A DNA stretch of 64,000 nt, from NCBI GenBank assembly GCA_027604505.1, contig JADIIX010000006.1:186001-250000 (forward strand), read 5' to 3'. The first letter of the stretch is position 1; every line of letters starts with the position of its first letter. The notes below the pieces were generated by a model. It ran no database searches, was not told the origin of the DNA, and saw only the letters and a list, made by a program, of their open reading frames with translations. Below are positions 37,295-51,728 of the stretch, piece after piece. Position numbers and translations under genes: made by a program. The stretch comes from Gonapodya sp. JEL0774 (taxonomy: Eukaryota).

Positions 37295-40166
37295 TTAAAC
37301 AATCTGAACCGCCTCCGTCCCAGCTTGCTCCTCCTTTGGTCTCTTTTCTCCTGCCTGGTATCTCTCCAGGGCAACCTTCGCCCAATTCTCCAAGTCCACG
37401 CGGTCTGGGGGTCCTCCCGTATCCCCCTCCGAGCTAGCTGAGTCAAATCGGTTGAGCCATGGATGTGCAAGAAGTTGTCGATAAGTGGGTCGTCGGCTTG
37501 GAACCTTATCCAAACTGAGGGTGCATGATTCAAACACGGAAAGAAAACACATTCGCAATCAACACTCTTTAACAATCACCATTTTTTCACGAAATCGCGG
37601 CACTCCTCAGAGAATCTATCACTCGGCAGCTCGGGAGGCTTTCCTTCGACGATGTGATTGATCTGTGCGAATACACTGTTCTCCGGAGGGTAAGGGTATC
37701 GTCCAAGCCCCATCTCAACAATGGAGAGACCAAGAGACCACACGTCAGATGAGACAGTGTACGATGAGTTTGTTGTGGGGTTAATTCGTTCGGGCTTTGA
37801 AGCGAGGAGGGGAAGGACAGATTACAAATGAAATCCGTGCCCACAGGGGTTCACTTACCGCCATGTAGGGTTGACAACCTATGTTGGTCTTTGCCAAAGA
37901 CTTTTCCAATTGTCCGCTCACGCCAAAATCGCAAAGCTTGACTTCACCCTTCGTGTTCATGAGTATGTTTGTGGGTTTCACGTCTGCCGTGAAACGCCGA
38001 TAAAATGAGTGTGACGTGACGGACGGCTAAAAGTTTATGACCATACCTCGGTGGATGATTGAAAGCTCGTCTTTCAAGAACTGCAGCCCCTTCACCACCT
38101 GTACCATATTGACATAGGAATTGCACTTTAAAGAACGGAACAGAGCCTTGACGACCATTCAATGAAACTCACACTCCACACAATCCGAGCCAGCACGTCT
38201 TCGGGTACACCGTCCGAGGTTTCTAGCTTGTCCATCGAGCCAGCGTCCATATACTCCATGCCTAGATGGCAGTGACAGTCACCAGGAGGTGGGGGGGGGG
38301 CGGGGGGAGAAACGGCGTGAGTAACTCCTACAAGCACGACGGAGCCCAAAAAAGGCAAGAAAGCAATTATTATTTATGAAAAACTCACAGTAGTAAACGG
38401 TAGATTCCACGAAAAATGCGCCATAAAAATCTACGATGTATGGACTGCACGACTTGTGTAGCACATCCAGTTCCATGACGATCCCATCCAGCTTCGACTG
38501 GTCAAGTTCAAGACGAATTTCTTTCATCGCTAGAATGAGCAAGTTTGAAGTCACGAAGTTGCGGGAAGATGCGTTTCGAGAATCGGAAGAGTTACTGTTA
38601 GAGACAACATTCGAAACCCAATAGTTGAGCAAGTTCATCAAGTCTATGCTCCTCTCTTCCCCGAAGGCTTCCTTTACGTTATGATTCTGATTTTTCCTGA
38701 GACAGAGCTTGTCCGCAAATGTTTTCAAACCACAAACATATCTTTCAAGAGAATTCCCAAGCTCAAATTTACGCCAATAGTACAGTACTCACCCATTTCC
38801 ACCATGGTCGGCTCATGTCTCACCCTTCTCACGGTCCCATACTGTCCTTTGCCAAGTTCCTCCAGCAACGTCAGCTCGGACATTTCGATACGATAAGAAT
38901 GTCCACCCTGAAATTCAACGCCGGCACGATGAAGGACAGCTTTCCCAGAAAAATTGAGCTTGCCATTAGGGTCGCTTGGTATGTTACAGGCGATGAGGAA
39001 TCTGATTAGTTTCTGCTTCGGAGACAATGAGTTTTTGACTCTCAAGAGGGACCCTCGCGCTGCTTTTAATTCCCGTTTTGATTCCGTTGGTGGTCGATGT
39101 GAAGTTTTGTGGAGTATACTCCACCGCCGGCACATTTTAACGCTCTGTAACATCGCAAAGGGTTCGCCTAGACGTATCTGCGGCAAACCTTGCCTCACAT
39201 CAAGTCCCAATGCATTTCTATATTGTACGAACTGTTCGTAATGTGATGCAAGAGCACAACTCACATGTATTGCGAAAAGTTTGCGAACGCCGACTTCAAG
39301 GTACTTCCCACCCCCAATTGACTGAGACTCAACACCTTTGGCTTGCCACGTCCTGTTCGACCAGGTGGCTGCAAGACAGTTGGTGTCGGCCTCACGAGAT
39401 TCGCTGATTGAGGGGATCCAATTCGAGGAGCGGGAGGGAGCACCGCAGGAGGGTTGGAGTTTCCACAGGAAGAAATATTGGGAGTTAAAGTCGGGGTGAC
39501 AGATGAGGCAGCAAGTCCATTCAAGTTCGAAGTTGATCCAGAGGAGCTCGTCCGCGAATGTGAGGGAACAACATGCGGGTACGAAGTAGGTAATGAAGAC
39601 GATGCTGAGCCAACACTCGCCTGCGAGAGTCGTGCTCGCCAGGTTTCAGCCACGGTCGAGTACCCATGAGTTGATGTGAAGCTTCGAGCGGACGAGGAAG
39701 TGGTGGAAGCCGCGGCTGATGTTAATGGACTGCTAGAATCCGAGCACGCCAGAGGCCCGCGAGGCGTGGAGGGAGGACTGAGGGATGGGTTCCCGGATGG
39801 CGATAATGTGAAATTCGACGAAAGACTAGTAGGATGATGGTTTGAGAAGGAGAACGAGTTGAATGGCTGCTCAAAGTGCAGTGGTGCCTCCAGTGAACCC
39901 GCTCCAAATGACGCAGCTGTAGCTGTTAAAGACAAGGGAGGTCGCGGTCGCGATGGGCTCGGCGGTGTTTGACGCGTTTCTAAAGATCCCGCAGTCTCCT
40001 TGGCGGCGTCGGTCAGGCCATCCGAAAGTGCGTTCCCCGTCGACACCGAGACAGGCACTCCATGAACAGCCCCGTTTCCATTCTCGTCTAGAGTCCAATC
40101 CACCCGCACAGAATCCGCCACTTCTCCGTCGCCAGTTGTTATCGGTTCTTCCGTGGACATTGTCAT
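37295..40166 (-). CDS. PBS2: MAP kinase kinase, Pbs2/Wis1 type (HOG pathway)
   Basis: S/P-rich N-terminus; [62 protein letters not shown]. Confidence 0.92.
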
Positions 40167-40733
40167 GTGGAAGTTGGTAACTAAAAATCATGCACACCTT
40201 TTGTGAGCGAGGCAAACATCACCACCGGCAAGGGCAATTTTGGATGATGCACCAACAATTAATTTGAACGATTAAGATTCGTCTAGAGTTTTGATGGAAG
40301 TGAACAATGGTGTGTGAGTCCGGTTTTATGCAACGGCGTTTGCTTGGTGGGCATACGTCACTCTGACATACCGTGACGAGTTGTGGGCACAGGCCTGAAC
40401 AACGTCCTCCGCTTCTGTAAGTGGAATAAAAAGCTAGTGCACATGCACCGTTAACGTTTCACTTCAGCCGTGAAATTATACGAAGAAGCCCCATGCGATG
40501 GTGCCGAAAAGTGGAGCGGGCCAAGCTCATAATTTTTGTATTCAACTCCACCCTGTTCATATGATGTACCACAGGCCCATGCTTAGGTACAAAAATGCTC
40601 TACATGTGTGCTCGGCGAGACAATTTTCTTGGAAAAGATATTCCGAGAAGTGACATCCAAATGTGTACCAAATGTGTAAGATTCGATCATTCAAACTTGC
40701 CTGACAAACTCTCCGTGTTCACCCGCCATCATC

Positions 40734-43700
40734 ATGAGTGAGACTCGCACCACCGCTGCTAGGTATGCCAAAAATTTCTGGCGCCCATGATGACTCGTGC
40801 CGAACGAATTGCAGCATTCTTACCGGGCAACAATCCGATGGGCTCTTGTTGTCCAGGGCCTGTACCAGTGTGACCGCGCTACCCGACGAGCTGATTGTTC
40901 AGGTTCTATCTTACCTGGATCCAAAGGCTTTGGTGAGTTGGTCTTGTTCCTGTGTTCAATGGGCAGTGGGCGCCATGAAGAACTGGACCCCAAGCACTCT
41001 GTCCACTTGAAAATCGAAATGCTCAGCGGAATTTTCTGACACAATCTCTCTGACAATCTCTACGTCTGCCGCGTGTTCCTATACGTTGCGGCCACCCTTG
41101 TGCGCCGTCTGATACCCTCGCCCAGAACAACGCCGGCCGCACGAGCCATCGCCTGCGTCGTATCGTTACCGATGATGGTTGCTGGAGGTAAATTGAGTCA
41201 ATTGTTGCCATTTTGCTGATGTTTTTGTGGAGGTGACTTCGATATTTGACGTGTGTTCTTACATTTTTTGTTCTTGCTATGTTTTATCTCAAACTATCAG
41301 GGAGGCTTTTGTCCGGCTTTTCAACGGACTACCATACAGACGAGTTGCCGCGAGCTCTTGGAGGAGGGAGTTCACGACAAGGATGAATATGATCCGGTGC
41401 GTTCAAGGACCCAATCCCACCCACTTCATCCAAAATAACCTGGTCCTTTCTTCACACGACCTTTCTCGACGTTGAACACTGTTCAAACGCACGTGCCTTC
41501 ACAACTTGCGGGTATGGTCAGCGCCTGGCGCTCAGGCCGTGTCTCCACGCTCCACTTCGACCCAAGGTTCGGGCCAGTGGACAGAGTTTACCTTGACGAA
41601 CACGGAACAGCCGGGGACGCAAGCAAGTGAGTTTGTATTTTCCTGGGCTAGAGGAGCAGAGGAATTCTCGATGTGACGAAGTCGCGGAGAGTTCCAGGGC
41701 TCGTGAGAGCTCCTGCGTCGGTTCATGATCGTGTTTCAGGCATCTGGGGTCGGTACCCGAAACATATAAGGAAGGTGGCGCCTAAATACAGTCTGACGTC
41801 TCTCACGATTACGAGCGCACCGGAGTATGACTTTCTTCCTCAAATCACAGCCAGACATCCCCTTCCACATTCCATTCTCGCCTTATCTGTGCCTCTCTTC
41901 GGCGAGGGATTGCTGTGTGTGCTGATGCTAGAACCGGTCGGATTGACAAACATCCAATCACTTCTAACGAAGTCGTTGGATTCCAGGGAATGTTGGGACT
42001 GGGTGAGATGGGAGGTATGCGGATAGATAGGTTGGTGAGCAGCTTCTTGATATTCAGAGCTGGATTCACTTTCTGTTTTCTGTGTCCTTTCGTTGTGGGT
42101 TGTTGATCACCATGATCTTCACCCTCAGACACCGGATCGCCATGACCCCTCCTTCTGGTCATCTCACTCTCATAACGTCATTTACTTCGGACGCGCCGGC
42201 GTCCCGCCGCATTTCCACAATCCGTGCTCGTGCACCTCCTGGTCACGCTGACCCGCACCCTCCTACAGTTCACTCGGCACCCGCGCGGTGCATATCTTGG
42301 ACACATCAACTTCTCAACTGTGTTGCGACAGGTGGAGACGATGGAAGGATTGCCTTATGGGACGTGGGCACGAGGAGCAACGCTGCAGAGAGGACTGATA
42401 CATCAGTCAGAGGACGGCTCTTGGCGATACTGCGGACAGGCACGAGTGCAGCATTGGATCTTGGAGATGGAGCAGATGTTACCCGACGACTTCCTGGCGG
42501 ACCGGGCGTTCGAACTCTAGCGCTAGATTCCAAGCGCGGCCTTGTTATCGCGGGCCTCGCAAATGGTGATGCGTGTGTGTGGGAAGTGGATATGCAAAAA
42601 CTTGTAGCCGACGGGGGTTCTGTTATGCCAACGAGCTTGCTGTACAATCACCAAACCACGCCACCTGCAAGGGTAACAAAGAAAACCGGCTCAAACGTAC
42701 GGGAAGATCACGCGGACCCAGTCACAGCTTTGCATTACGACTCAGCATCGGCTTGTTTTGTCGTTGTTACAGCGAGGTCGATGGAAATGTTTTCCGCCTT
42801 GACGGGGGAGTTGGTAGTAAGGCTCGTTGGTGCTCACGGGATTCCAGGGACGGAAGTGATTCCGGCTAGCAATCAAGCCATTCCTACTTTTGGGGATTTC
42901 GCGAACTGTCGTATCACTGCCTCGGCGTGGGAGCGTGATCGGGAAGGTGCGGAGGGTATCGCGGGTGACGAATGGCGAGGGGCGAGTGTTTTTATGAGTG
43001 GGGACACTGCCGGGTCACTCTGTACTTGGGAGTTACTAGACGAGTGGCTACCAAGTGCTGAGCCCGTCTCTCCTCCAAGCAGTTCGAGCAATGTCTCCGT
43101 GGCTGCTCCTGTGGTGCCCTTATGTGACTCATCGCGTCCCCGAGCCCCGCTTGGAGCAATCACCCCAATCCGTACTGTTTCAACTAATCGGAAATGTGCA
43201 ATCCAAATCATTAAGATCGATCCAGTCAAAGCAGTGGTCGGGTTTACCGACTCGCAAGTGGACGTTTACGACGTAATCTCCGGCCGATTGCTTAAATCCA
43301 TGCCCGCGTTTCGGAATCCAACTCGGAACATCAATACTGTTGTTCCCGACGCATTGAACGCCATTGGTACTACTCCAGGTGAAAATGGCCTCGAAGGGGT
43401 TCGTTGTATGTGGACCACAGATAGAATGGTGGTTGTGGGAACGAGTGCCGGGATTGTGAAGACCTGGACAGCGACAGCTATCGAGGATCGACTGAAAGGT
43501 ATGCAAGTTTAACTAATGAAACAGATCTGGTATCCTGACCTCTTTCGAATTGCAGACAATTTAAGGACTTCTCGAAAATCAGTTAAGAACGCGAAGCGCG
43601 TCCCAGGGGCATTCTTTGCGTCGCCGAAGCAAGAAGGTTGGTAATTCTTTGTGTAGTTGGAAAGCTGTAGTCGCTTATGTGGAATGCTATAGCTTTCCTC

Positions 43701-44552
43701 GAACTGAAGGCCGAACTCCGGGAGCATTATCAGGCAGTGAATCAAGCACGCGTGCTTGATGCTCTTCATGACCGTCAGTCAGCCAAAATAAACGGTTTCG
43801 GCACGCGGGAAGGTTGGACAGACGGTGAGCAGATCGCGCGTATTTGTCTGACTCCAGCTTGACATTGCTTGCATTTCTCGTTAGAGGAGCTATTGGGATA
43901 TGCCATGATCATGAGTTTGGAAGATCCTGGCTTGCCACCCCGGACGCCTGGTGATTCGCACGATTACGAGGACTCTCTTAGTGGGAGACCTTCTCGGAAA
44001 CTCCAGACCCAATCTGCGGCAACGTTATCAGCTCCTGTGGGCCCTGTCTCAATCGGGTACCGAAGTGGACCCTCCGAATGTGCTTCATCCAGCCCTGGTG
44101 TTGATTCGAAGATCTCCCCGCGTTTGAGTCCCAAAGTTGACGCATCATCAAGCTCGAGTCCTCACGGGACACGAGATCAGTGGGCCATGCTTGGGGCAGC
44201 TGCGCTCTCATCTTCCCCTGGAGGGAGCGCGAGCTCTCTTGGAAAGGCACGAAGTAACTCCAAAGTCTCGATCACCACAATCCAGGAACATCAGCACCTT
44301 CAACAACTTGCCTCGTCTCCTTCAAACTTCCGTAAACTTGTCTCTGCGGACTCGTGGGAGCTGGCGTCAGAAGATGATTCTATTTCAGACGCGGATGGTT
44401 TACAAAGTTCTTGCCGGAATGGATCAAACGGAAAAGTGAGGGGGGGGAAGAAGAAAAAGGCGAAAGTGCTCTCTTCGGAAACTTCCCATCCACCTGACGA
44501 GGATGACGATGAGCTGCAGTTTGCATTGCAGTTGAGTCTTAGAGAGATGTAG
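40734..44552 (+). CDS. F-box / WD40-repeat protein with UIM-like motifs
   Basis: F-box LPDELIVQVLSYLDP; WD-like repeats (ATGGDDGRIALWD, SGDTAGSLCTWE); UIM-like EELLGYAMIMSLE and DDELQFALQLSL. Confidence 0.8.
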
Positions 44553-44843
44553 AAAGCATTCATAGAGATTGTCGTCACATTCCCGGCCGCAGGTGGTGTT
44601 TGCAGGATATACAGGACAAAACTCTTACAAAGAAGGTCGGCCGCCAGCGCATAAGCATAATTTGAAAGAGCAGTCTCTTCCGGATTGAGCTTGCTGCACT
44701 GAAATGTAATCTCCAATCATAACCCATAATATGAGGCAATACAAGCCCACCACATGACTGTCGCGAGCGCGGTGAAACGAAAGTGAGGGCTGTATTTTCT
44801 GTCGTACGGTAGAGGTTTAATATTATTGTTGACTCCCCCACAA

Positions 44844-46493
44844 TCATTCTGCAACATTCGTCTGCGACGCAGAAAGTCGCGCTTCCAAGTTCTTGAGCTG
44901 CTGTTGTCTCTGTAGAGCGGATAGAACGTAGGTCAGCAATTGTATACTTTGAAGTAAGTGTGAAGACACCCACAAGAGCCAGCTCTTGCCGCAGTCTCTC
45001 CTCTTCCCTCCTCAGAAGCCCCTTCTGAAGGACAACCTCATCCATTCCGTGCGCCGAAGCCCCATCGTCCAAGTCATCATCTTTGATGTGAGACAACTTC
45101 TCCGTCCGATAGTTCTCGTAGAGGACATCATTAGTGATCTCCTTGAGATCATTGAGGTGGGAGCTGGTCATGATGCATGGAATGTAAATGCGAACTCTTC
45201 AGACGGCACATATCATGGAGCTTACATGAGCAAGGCATGACGAAGGGTATCAAAGTCACAGTGCAGAGGATTGTCGACTGTCCCGCCGACCAAACACGTC
45301 AGTTGGTTATCATCGCGGAGACACGTCCGTGTAAGTCTTACCTTCCACACGACCCCACTGGTATTGTCGGCATCTAATCCGTCTGTTACCTTCAGTAATT
45401 GTTTCATCCGCGCCAATAATTGAGAAGGGAATAAGAGACTGAATATCGGGAGGGCATGTAAGACTAGAATGGGGTGAGATTCACGCCAAATATATGCACA
45501 CACCCTCAAATGCTGGTTCTCCTCAATGGTCTCCTCGTCATCTTCCTCCTCATCGAAGGGGAAGCTGTAAGTCGGGATTTTGTAGTAAGAGAGGTCCTCC
45601 ACGACCTTAACGATGTGATGCGTCAACATTCCACTGCACAGGCTCCAAGGCACATTTAACCAACAACGCACTCTCTTCTTGAAATCAATCAGCTCCTGGG
45701 GGGACAGAGTATCTGCCTTCGCAATGACAGGTATGATGTTCACCTTGGGACCAAGTTTCCGCATAAACTCAATGTCCAACTCTCGAAGACTGTGCCGTGA
45801 AAAACAAAGCTGTTTGAGAGCCACTCAACGAAGCACGAACTAGCAATCTGTCGCTCACGCGTGACCGGTCGGTGGAATGAAGTAGAGACACGCGTGAACA
45901 CGGTTGTCCTTATGTACCAGAGTGCAGGGTCACTGGTTCGGCACATGTGAGAGCATTACTCCACCCCCAGACGTACGATAAATTTTGGGTTCCGCTTGAT
46001 TCTGGACTCTTCGCCAAGGACATCATCGAACTGCTTGTCTATATATGCGATGATTTGATTGAAGCTAAGTGAAATGTGGAAATGTTTAAGAGAGAAAGGC
46101 AGGTTCGACAAGCAGTCCATGGCCTCTCACCAAGCTTCGTTATTAATGTTGTCTCCAAATCCAGGTGTGTCAACAACCGAGAGAGAGAGCTTGACACCGT
46201 CCAGATCCAACTCCACGTTCACAGGAGTAATGACAACAGTCTTCTCGAAAGTGAGTTTATCGGACGAAGGATAGTCCTTCTTGGGGAAGACAACGCCATC
46301 ACAGAGAGTGTTAACGAAGGTGGACTTTCCGAGGCCAGAAGCCCCTGATTTCGAAGGTGGCGTTTCCGTCAGTGGACTCCAGGAGAACAGGAGTGGTCGC
46401 AACCATGGGCGGTTACAGAGACATGAACCCACCGACAATCATGATGGAGAAGTTAAGACCTTTTTTGACCTTCTTTGCACGGATTGCTGCCAT
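44844..46493 (-). CDS. CDC11: Septin, Cdc11/AspA (group 3) type
   Basis: KKVKKGLNFSIMIVGASGLGKSTFVNTLC; VDTPGFGD; LAEESRIKRNPKF.DNRVHACLYFI; VIAKAD; HCDF; LYENYRTEKLS. Confidence 0.85.
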
Positions 46494-47096
46494 TATTGAA
46501 CACTTTCAGGTGGAAGTGGGAGGGATTCGACTCGCTAGGGTGACGCGGGAGAAACCAATGAGCGGAAGCTTTCTTCTGAAGTGGATATCAGAGCGCCTGC
46601 AATCGCGCGTCAGAGGTCGTGATGGCTGAACCGTGATCCTTGGAGTGGACAGACAACGTTTTGGCCCTTGGACTGTATGCGCCACACAAGGAGCCGCACA
46701 CTAACACACACTCATGCAGAAGTGTGCACGGCTAATATCTAATTCTCCTTCCATTCAATCCTCATGAGAAGCAGCGCACTGCTAATATTTGAGATTTCGA
46801 GTAGCAAACACAATGAAGCAGACTCATCTGGTGAGGTACGATGAATCCATGTAGTCGGACACCATACATAACTCGATGGTTACAAACCTCAAAGTTCAAT
46901 AAGCTCTGGCGATGGCCAACACGGAGCTTCTACTGATTTTGTAGGGAAATTTGGCGTATTAATTGTAATTGAGTTTTGACGTTTGTGTGTGACTGGCGCT
47001 AATGGAACAGCATGGTGAAGTATGTGGCACAGACAACTCACAATACACACCCACCCACTGCGCGCTGGCATTCCAATATCGTAACTTGGAGTCAAG

Positions 47097-49118
47097 ATGT
47101 CATGTAAGGAGACTTCCCTTCGACTTCTTTGGCCATTCATCGGCATTTCCTCTCTCATGATGTTGCTCACCATCGCTCTCTCTTCACATTTCGCCTTTCC
47201 GTCGTTTGAATCTTGTCCCTTCACTTCATCTACAAGTCCGATTCCTCCACGTACTCAAGCCCTTTATCTCCCTCATGCCCGAAGTCGCGGCACCGGACCG
47301 GAAGGTAAAACTTTGATGTTCATGATTGCCATCTCGCTGCTCTTGGCCTCATTATTAGCGGCGCATCAACTCTCTTACAGGTTCAGTTTAGAGAGAAAGT
47401 CATGTGGACAGGCGTGACTCTCCTCATTTTCCTCGTTTGCTCTCAAATTCCCCTCTATGGAATCATGTCATCCGACTCGTCTGATCCTGTGGGTGACTCG
47501 GCAAAGTTCTCACTTTTGATTCACCATTTTCTCACTTCCCACTGCTTCGTTAGTTCTATTGGTTGCGAATGATTCTTGCATCGAACCGAGGGACATTAAT
47601 GGAGCTTGGCATCACTCCCGTCGTTACATCGGGTATGATTATGCAGCTTCTCGCAGGCGCTGGCCTGGTCGAGGTAGACTACAACTTGAAAGAGGATCGC
47701 GCCTTATTCAGTGGAGCCCAAAAATGTGTGTTTCCTTGTGATCATAACGTGTGTAATATCGCTCACAAATAGGTGTACAGTGTTCGCACTTGTTATCGCC
47801 CTAGGACATGCTGCGGTGTCTGTGTGGAGTGGTGTCTATGGAAACCCGTCCGAAATCGGGTTGAGCATTACTCTACTGCTTATCCTCCAGCTGGTTATCG
47901 CGAGCATGATAGTCATCTTGCTGGATGAACTTATCCAGAAGGGTTACGGTCTCGGATCTGGTATATCGCTCTTCATTGCGACCAACGTCTGCGAGAACAT
48001 TGTCTGGCGCGCGTTCAGTCCCACCACATTCAATTCTGGTCGTGGTGAGATTGTAGAGCGTAATGTCCCGAAAATCTCTGACTGATTTGACGTCGACCAT
48101 AGGAACGCAATTTGAGGGCGCCGTAATCAACCTGTTCCATCTCCTCTTTACGCGCTCAGACAAGCTGCGCGCTCTGCGAGAGGCTTTCTACAGAACCAAC
48201 GCCCCCAACATAATGAACCTGTTGGCAACGATTTTCATCTTTGCGGTTGTTATTTACCTACAAGGTTTCCGCGTCGAAATCCCAGTTAAATCAAAGCAAC
48301 AAAGGGGTCAAGCTGGAACTTATCCCATCAAGCTCTTTTACACATCGAATATGCCGATCATGCTCACATCCGCTTTGATCTCACAATACTTCTTGATTTC
48401 TCAAATGCTGTACAACCGTTTTCCAACGAGTTTTTTGATCAGATTGATTGGGGAATGGACGGTATGCGGCCACTCGTGCTTTTGATTTGCTGCCTGCGGT
48501 TCTCTTACACAAGCGCTCTTGCAGTCCGCTGAAGGTACCCCCCAACAATTTGCCTCTGGAGGCATCGCATACTATATGTCCGCACCCCAGAATATCACCG
48601 CAGCGTTGCGTGATCCAATTCACTTCGTTTTATACTGCATGTTCATGCTCGGTGCATGTGCCCTATTTTCTCGAACCTGGATTGAGGTTTCTGGCTCTTC
48701 ACCAAGGGATGTTGCCAAGCAGCTCAAAGACCAGGGCTTGGAACTTCAGGGTCACAGGGAGGGTGGTCTTTACAAACGCTTGAAGGAGATCATCCCCACT
48801 GCTGCAGCTCTGGGCGGCCTTTTTATTGGCGCGCTTTCTGTTATGGCCGATCTCCTCGGTAGGAAATTGTTGTACTTTTGAATGTGGTGGTGGGGAATTT
48901 ACAGTAACCGTTCCATTTAGGTGCCATTGGGTCGGGCACTGGAATACTCCTAGCTGTTACCATCATCTACCAATACTTTGAGGTGAGAATCAAGACTGAT
49001 GGTGTGATGTTGCTACGATTGTTGACATCTTTGCACTCCTACACTCCTTCCCTTCTACTAGTACTTCGTCAAAGAGCAGAATGAGCAAGGTGGACTGGAC
49101 TCCCTGTTTGGAATGTGA
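47097..49118 (+). CDS. SEC61: Protein translocon subunit Sec61 alpha
   Basis: [105 protein letters not shown]. Confidence 0.97.
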
Positions 49119-49863
49119 TTCGATAAGCAAACCTGTACTAAAGCGATAGTGCAACCTCTGTAACAAACATCCGAATAAAACCTCCAATCTCTGCGTCTGC
49201 GTCACAGGCCGACACAATAATTCAGGTGTTATGCAGTCAAAGTTCTCTACTTTTTCTTGAGCATATGATTTCGGCATTATGGTTATTTGCCCGTGAAGAT
49301 TCGAAAGTAAAAGCCCTCAAGTTCGGATTCGCTTGAAAATGAAGAAGCGAAATGGACGTCCGTCGGAACTGATGATCGGTTTGTTCCGGCGAATTCATTT
49401 CAAAGCCCGAGCTGGTGCGTGCCGCCATGTGCTGCTGGAAGAGAGAGCAAACAGAGTTTCTGGACGACACAGAGAGAGAATTGGAAGTCTCCAGTACAGT
49501 ATGAATCCAAAAATACATATCAGCTGGGTAATGGCGAATTCAGGATGAAACCGCGCGACATCAAATTGCCGAGTCTTCAAAAGCCCATGGAGAATCAACT
49601 TCGTTATCCCCTGTCTATCGCTCTGTCCATCGCTGTATCGCGAGAGCAGAGTTGGGAACCATTGTTTGGGAAGTGATGGCGGACTTCGGTGCCAACTGAA
49701 GAGCCGGCAGGTACGACTATCGTAACAGCGATTCCAGATTTCAAGATGATCGCTTCTTCCCAGGAGAACATGCATAAATTAATTATGGAATTGATTGTTC
49801 CTCGGTTGCCGGTGCTGATCGACCACAGGAAGCGTCTCCACTCATCTGTTGAGACAAGCGAAG

Positions 49864-50959
49864 ATGACTTCTCTCCCAACGTTGGCCACTCCAGCTTTCC
49901 AGTTCGGGTCTTTCGAGCTCCCATGCTATCTCTCCTCCACCATCCCTCCCTGCAATCTATTCGTCGATGATACGACGGTCGTCCCTCGATGCAGCCCCAA
50001 ACGCATACCTGTCGGCTCCGCATATCTGCGAGACATTCCAGACACAATCATATGCTTCTGTGCTGTAATTTTAGGACTTGTGATGCTTTGGAAATGCCGC
50101 CGAAAAACCTCAGGCGTGGGTTAGTGTGACTGCCGAGCAACCAGTCGTGTTGACGCGTGGAAGTTTCTCATTCACACTTGGTTCAAAGGCCATCGGGAAA
50201 TGATGATATTTTTATCCTTCTACATAGTACTTATTGCGTCTCAGGTGATATCAGGGGGGGGGTTTACGGATCAAAACGACTGGCTGATCACGGTACGTCC
50301 TCACGCACTACGGGGATGCTTCGCATAACAGACCAAGCCGTGCGATTCTAGTATGCGAGCGCCTTGCACACAAGTTTTATTGTGGCTACGGCATGGGTGC
50401 TGCTCCTGAATGGGCTTGTCGGATACCAGATCGTGGATGACGGTGCACCTCTCTCGGTCCTGGTGAGTGGTCTGCTGATTCGGTCACTGGAAGTAGCCTG
50501 CTTTGCCTTGACGTCGTATTCTATTTCACCAAGTCTATTGCAGCGAGCGGTCTCATTGTTGTAGTGGGAATTGGGTTCATGGGGATTCTGATCCGCCTTA
50601 AGAAGCCCTCATTGGTGCCCTTGGATGAACCGTCTCGTTTCTATGCACCTGCTCTTTTTGCCCTTTATTTCCTCTTTCCGCCAGTAGCAGCAGTGGTCTA
50701 CATCATCTTGCAAACTTGTCTGGTTGTGCGACAGCTTGGAGAGAGGAAACCTCTTGTGTGGCTGTACGGGGCAATGATTCTAGCAGTATTTGGCCAAGTC
50801 TTCCAATTCGCGATTGGACCAGGGATATGCGAAGCAACTGGAGGGTACTTGGATGGGCAGGCACCGAATACCTTTCTGTTGGGTATGGCGGTTGTGGGAA
50901 TCTTCAAATTCTGGGATTCTATAACAGAAGACGAGTGGGACATCCATGCAGTAGGATAA
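49864..50959 (+). CDS. CHS7: Chitin synthase export chaperone Chs7
   Basis: FGSF...C....IPPCNL; RRKTSGVGHREM; WVLLLNGLVGYQIVDDG; LVVRQLGERKP; ICEATGGYLDG; KFWDSITEDEW. Confidence 0.9.
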
Positions 50960-51025
50960 TTATTCGCAAATTAAATAGCAGCCCAGAATCCATTATTTCA
51001 CAATTTTGAGACGAATGTACATACA

Positions 51026-51728
51026 TTAGACAAATCTGAAGTTGTCAACCGCGACATAGTAGGACGACCCAGCGTTGTTAGGTTCAGGGACAGGATCGAG
51101 CAGAAATGACTGTGTGAAAGCTTTGAGGTTGTCCTTTCCATACTGGACGGTTCCTGTGTGGAAGGCCACGAACAGCCGGAACAAGGACCACGCTTGAACC
51201 AGTATTCGAGCATATAGTAAGACAAAACTGGATCATCATACCATTTACCACGAGGGTGATTGAGCGCTCCGGGCCTAGACAGTCATTTTTGGTTGAGGAG
51301 GCATCCTTCAGCACTCCTAGCGCATTTGCGGCTCACCGATAACCGGTTGGCAATCGTACGATTGAACTTCATGCTTGCTTGAAGGTAGCTTGAGGAAAAG
51401 CTGCTGGAGAACCTCTCTAGAAAACTGAAAGTGGTTCCCGTTCCAGATGAGCTGGGAGTTTGGACGGAAAAAGCGTTCCACGCTCTGTGAAGTCAATAGA
51501 GAGAGTGAACAAAGGAAATCTCCAGCCCGATTGGTATGGTACCCGAAACTGGGTATATTGCACGGAGGAACGAACGGGTTTATCGTTGTCGAATGCTTCG
51601 TAGAAAGACGAAACAAAGACGTCTGCGGTTTGAGACGAGGTCTCGATGAAAGCCTTGATGTCAGGAGGTAGATTTTGATTTGTGTGACCTGGTGCCTTGG
51701 GAAGCTGATGTCTTGGACGCCCTGACAT
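51026..51728 (-). CDS. NXT1: NTF2-related export protein Nxt1/p15
   Basis: ADVFVSSFYEAFD; LIWNGN; LPSSKHEVQSYDCQPV; VVNGTVQYG...AFTQSFLL...YYVAVDNFRFV*. Confidence 0.88.

Noticed and set aside
49260..49780. Short ORFs between SEC61 and CHS7
   Set aside because: No coherent gene model or recognisable motif; left unannotated.
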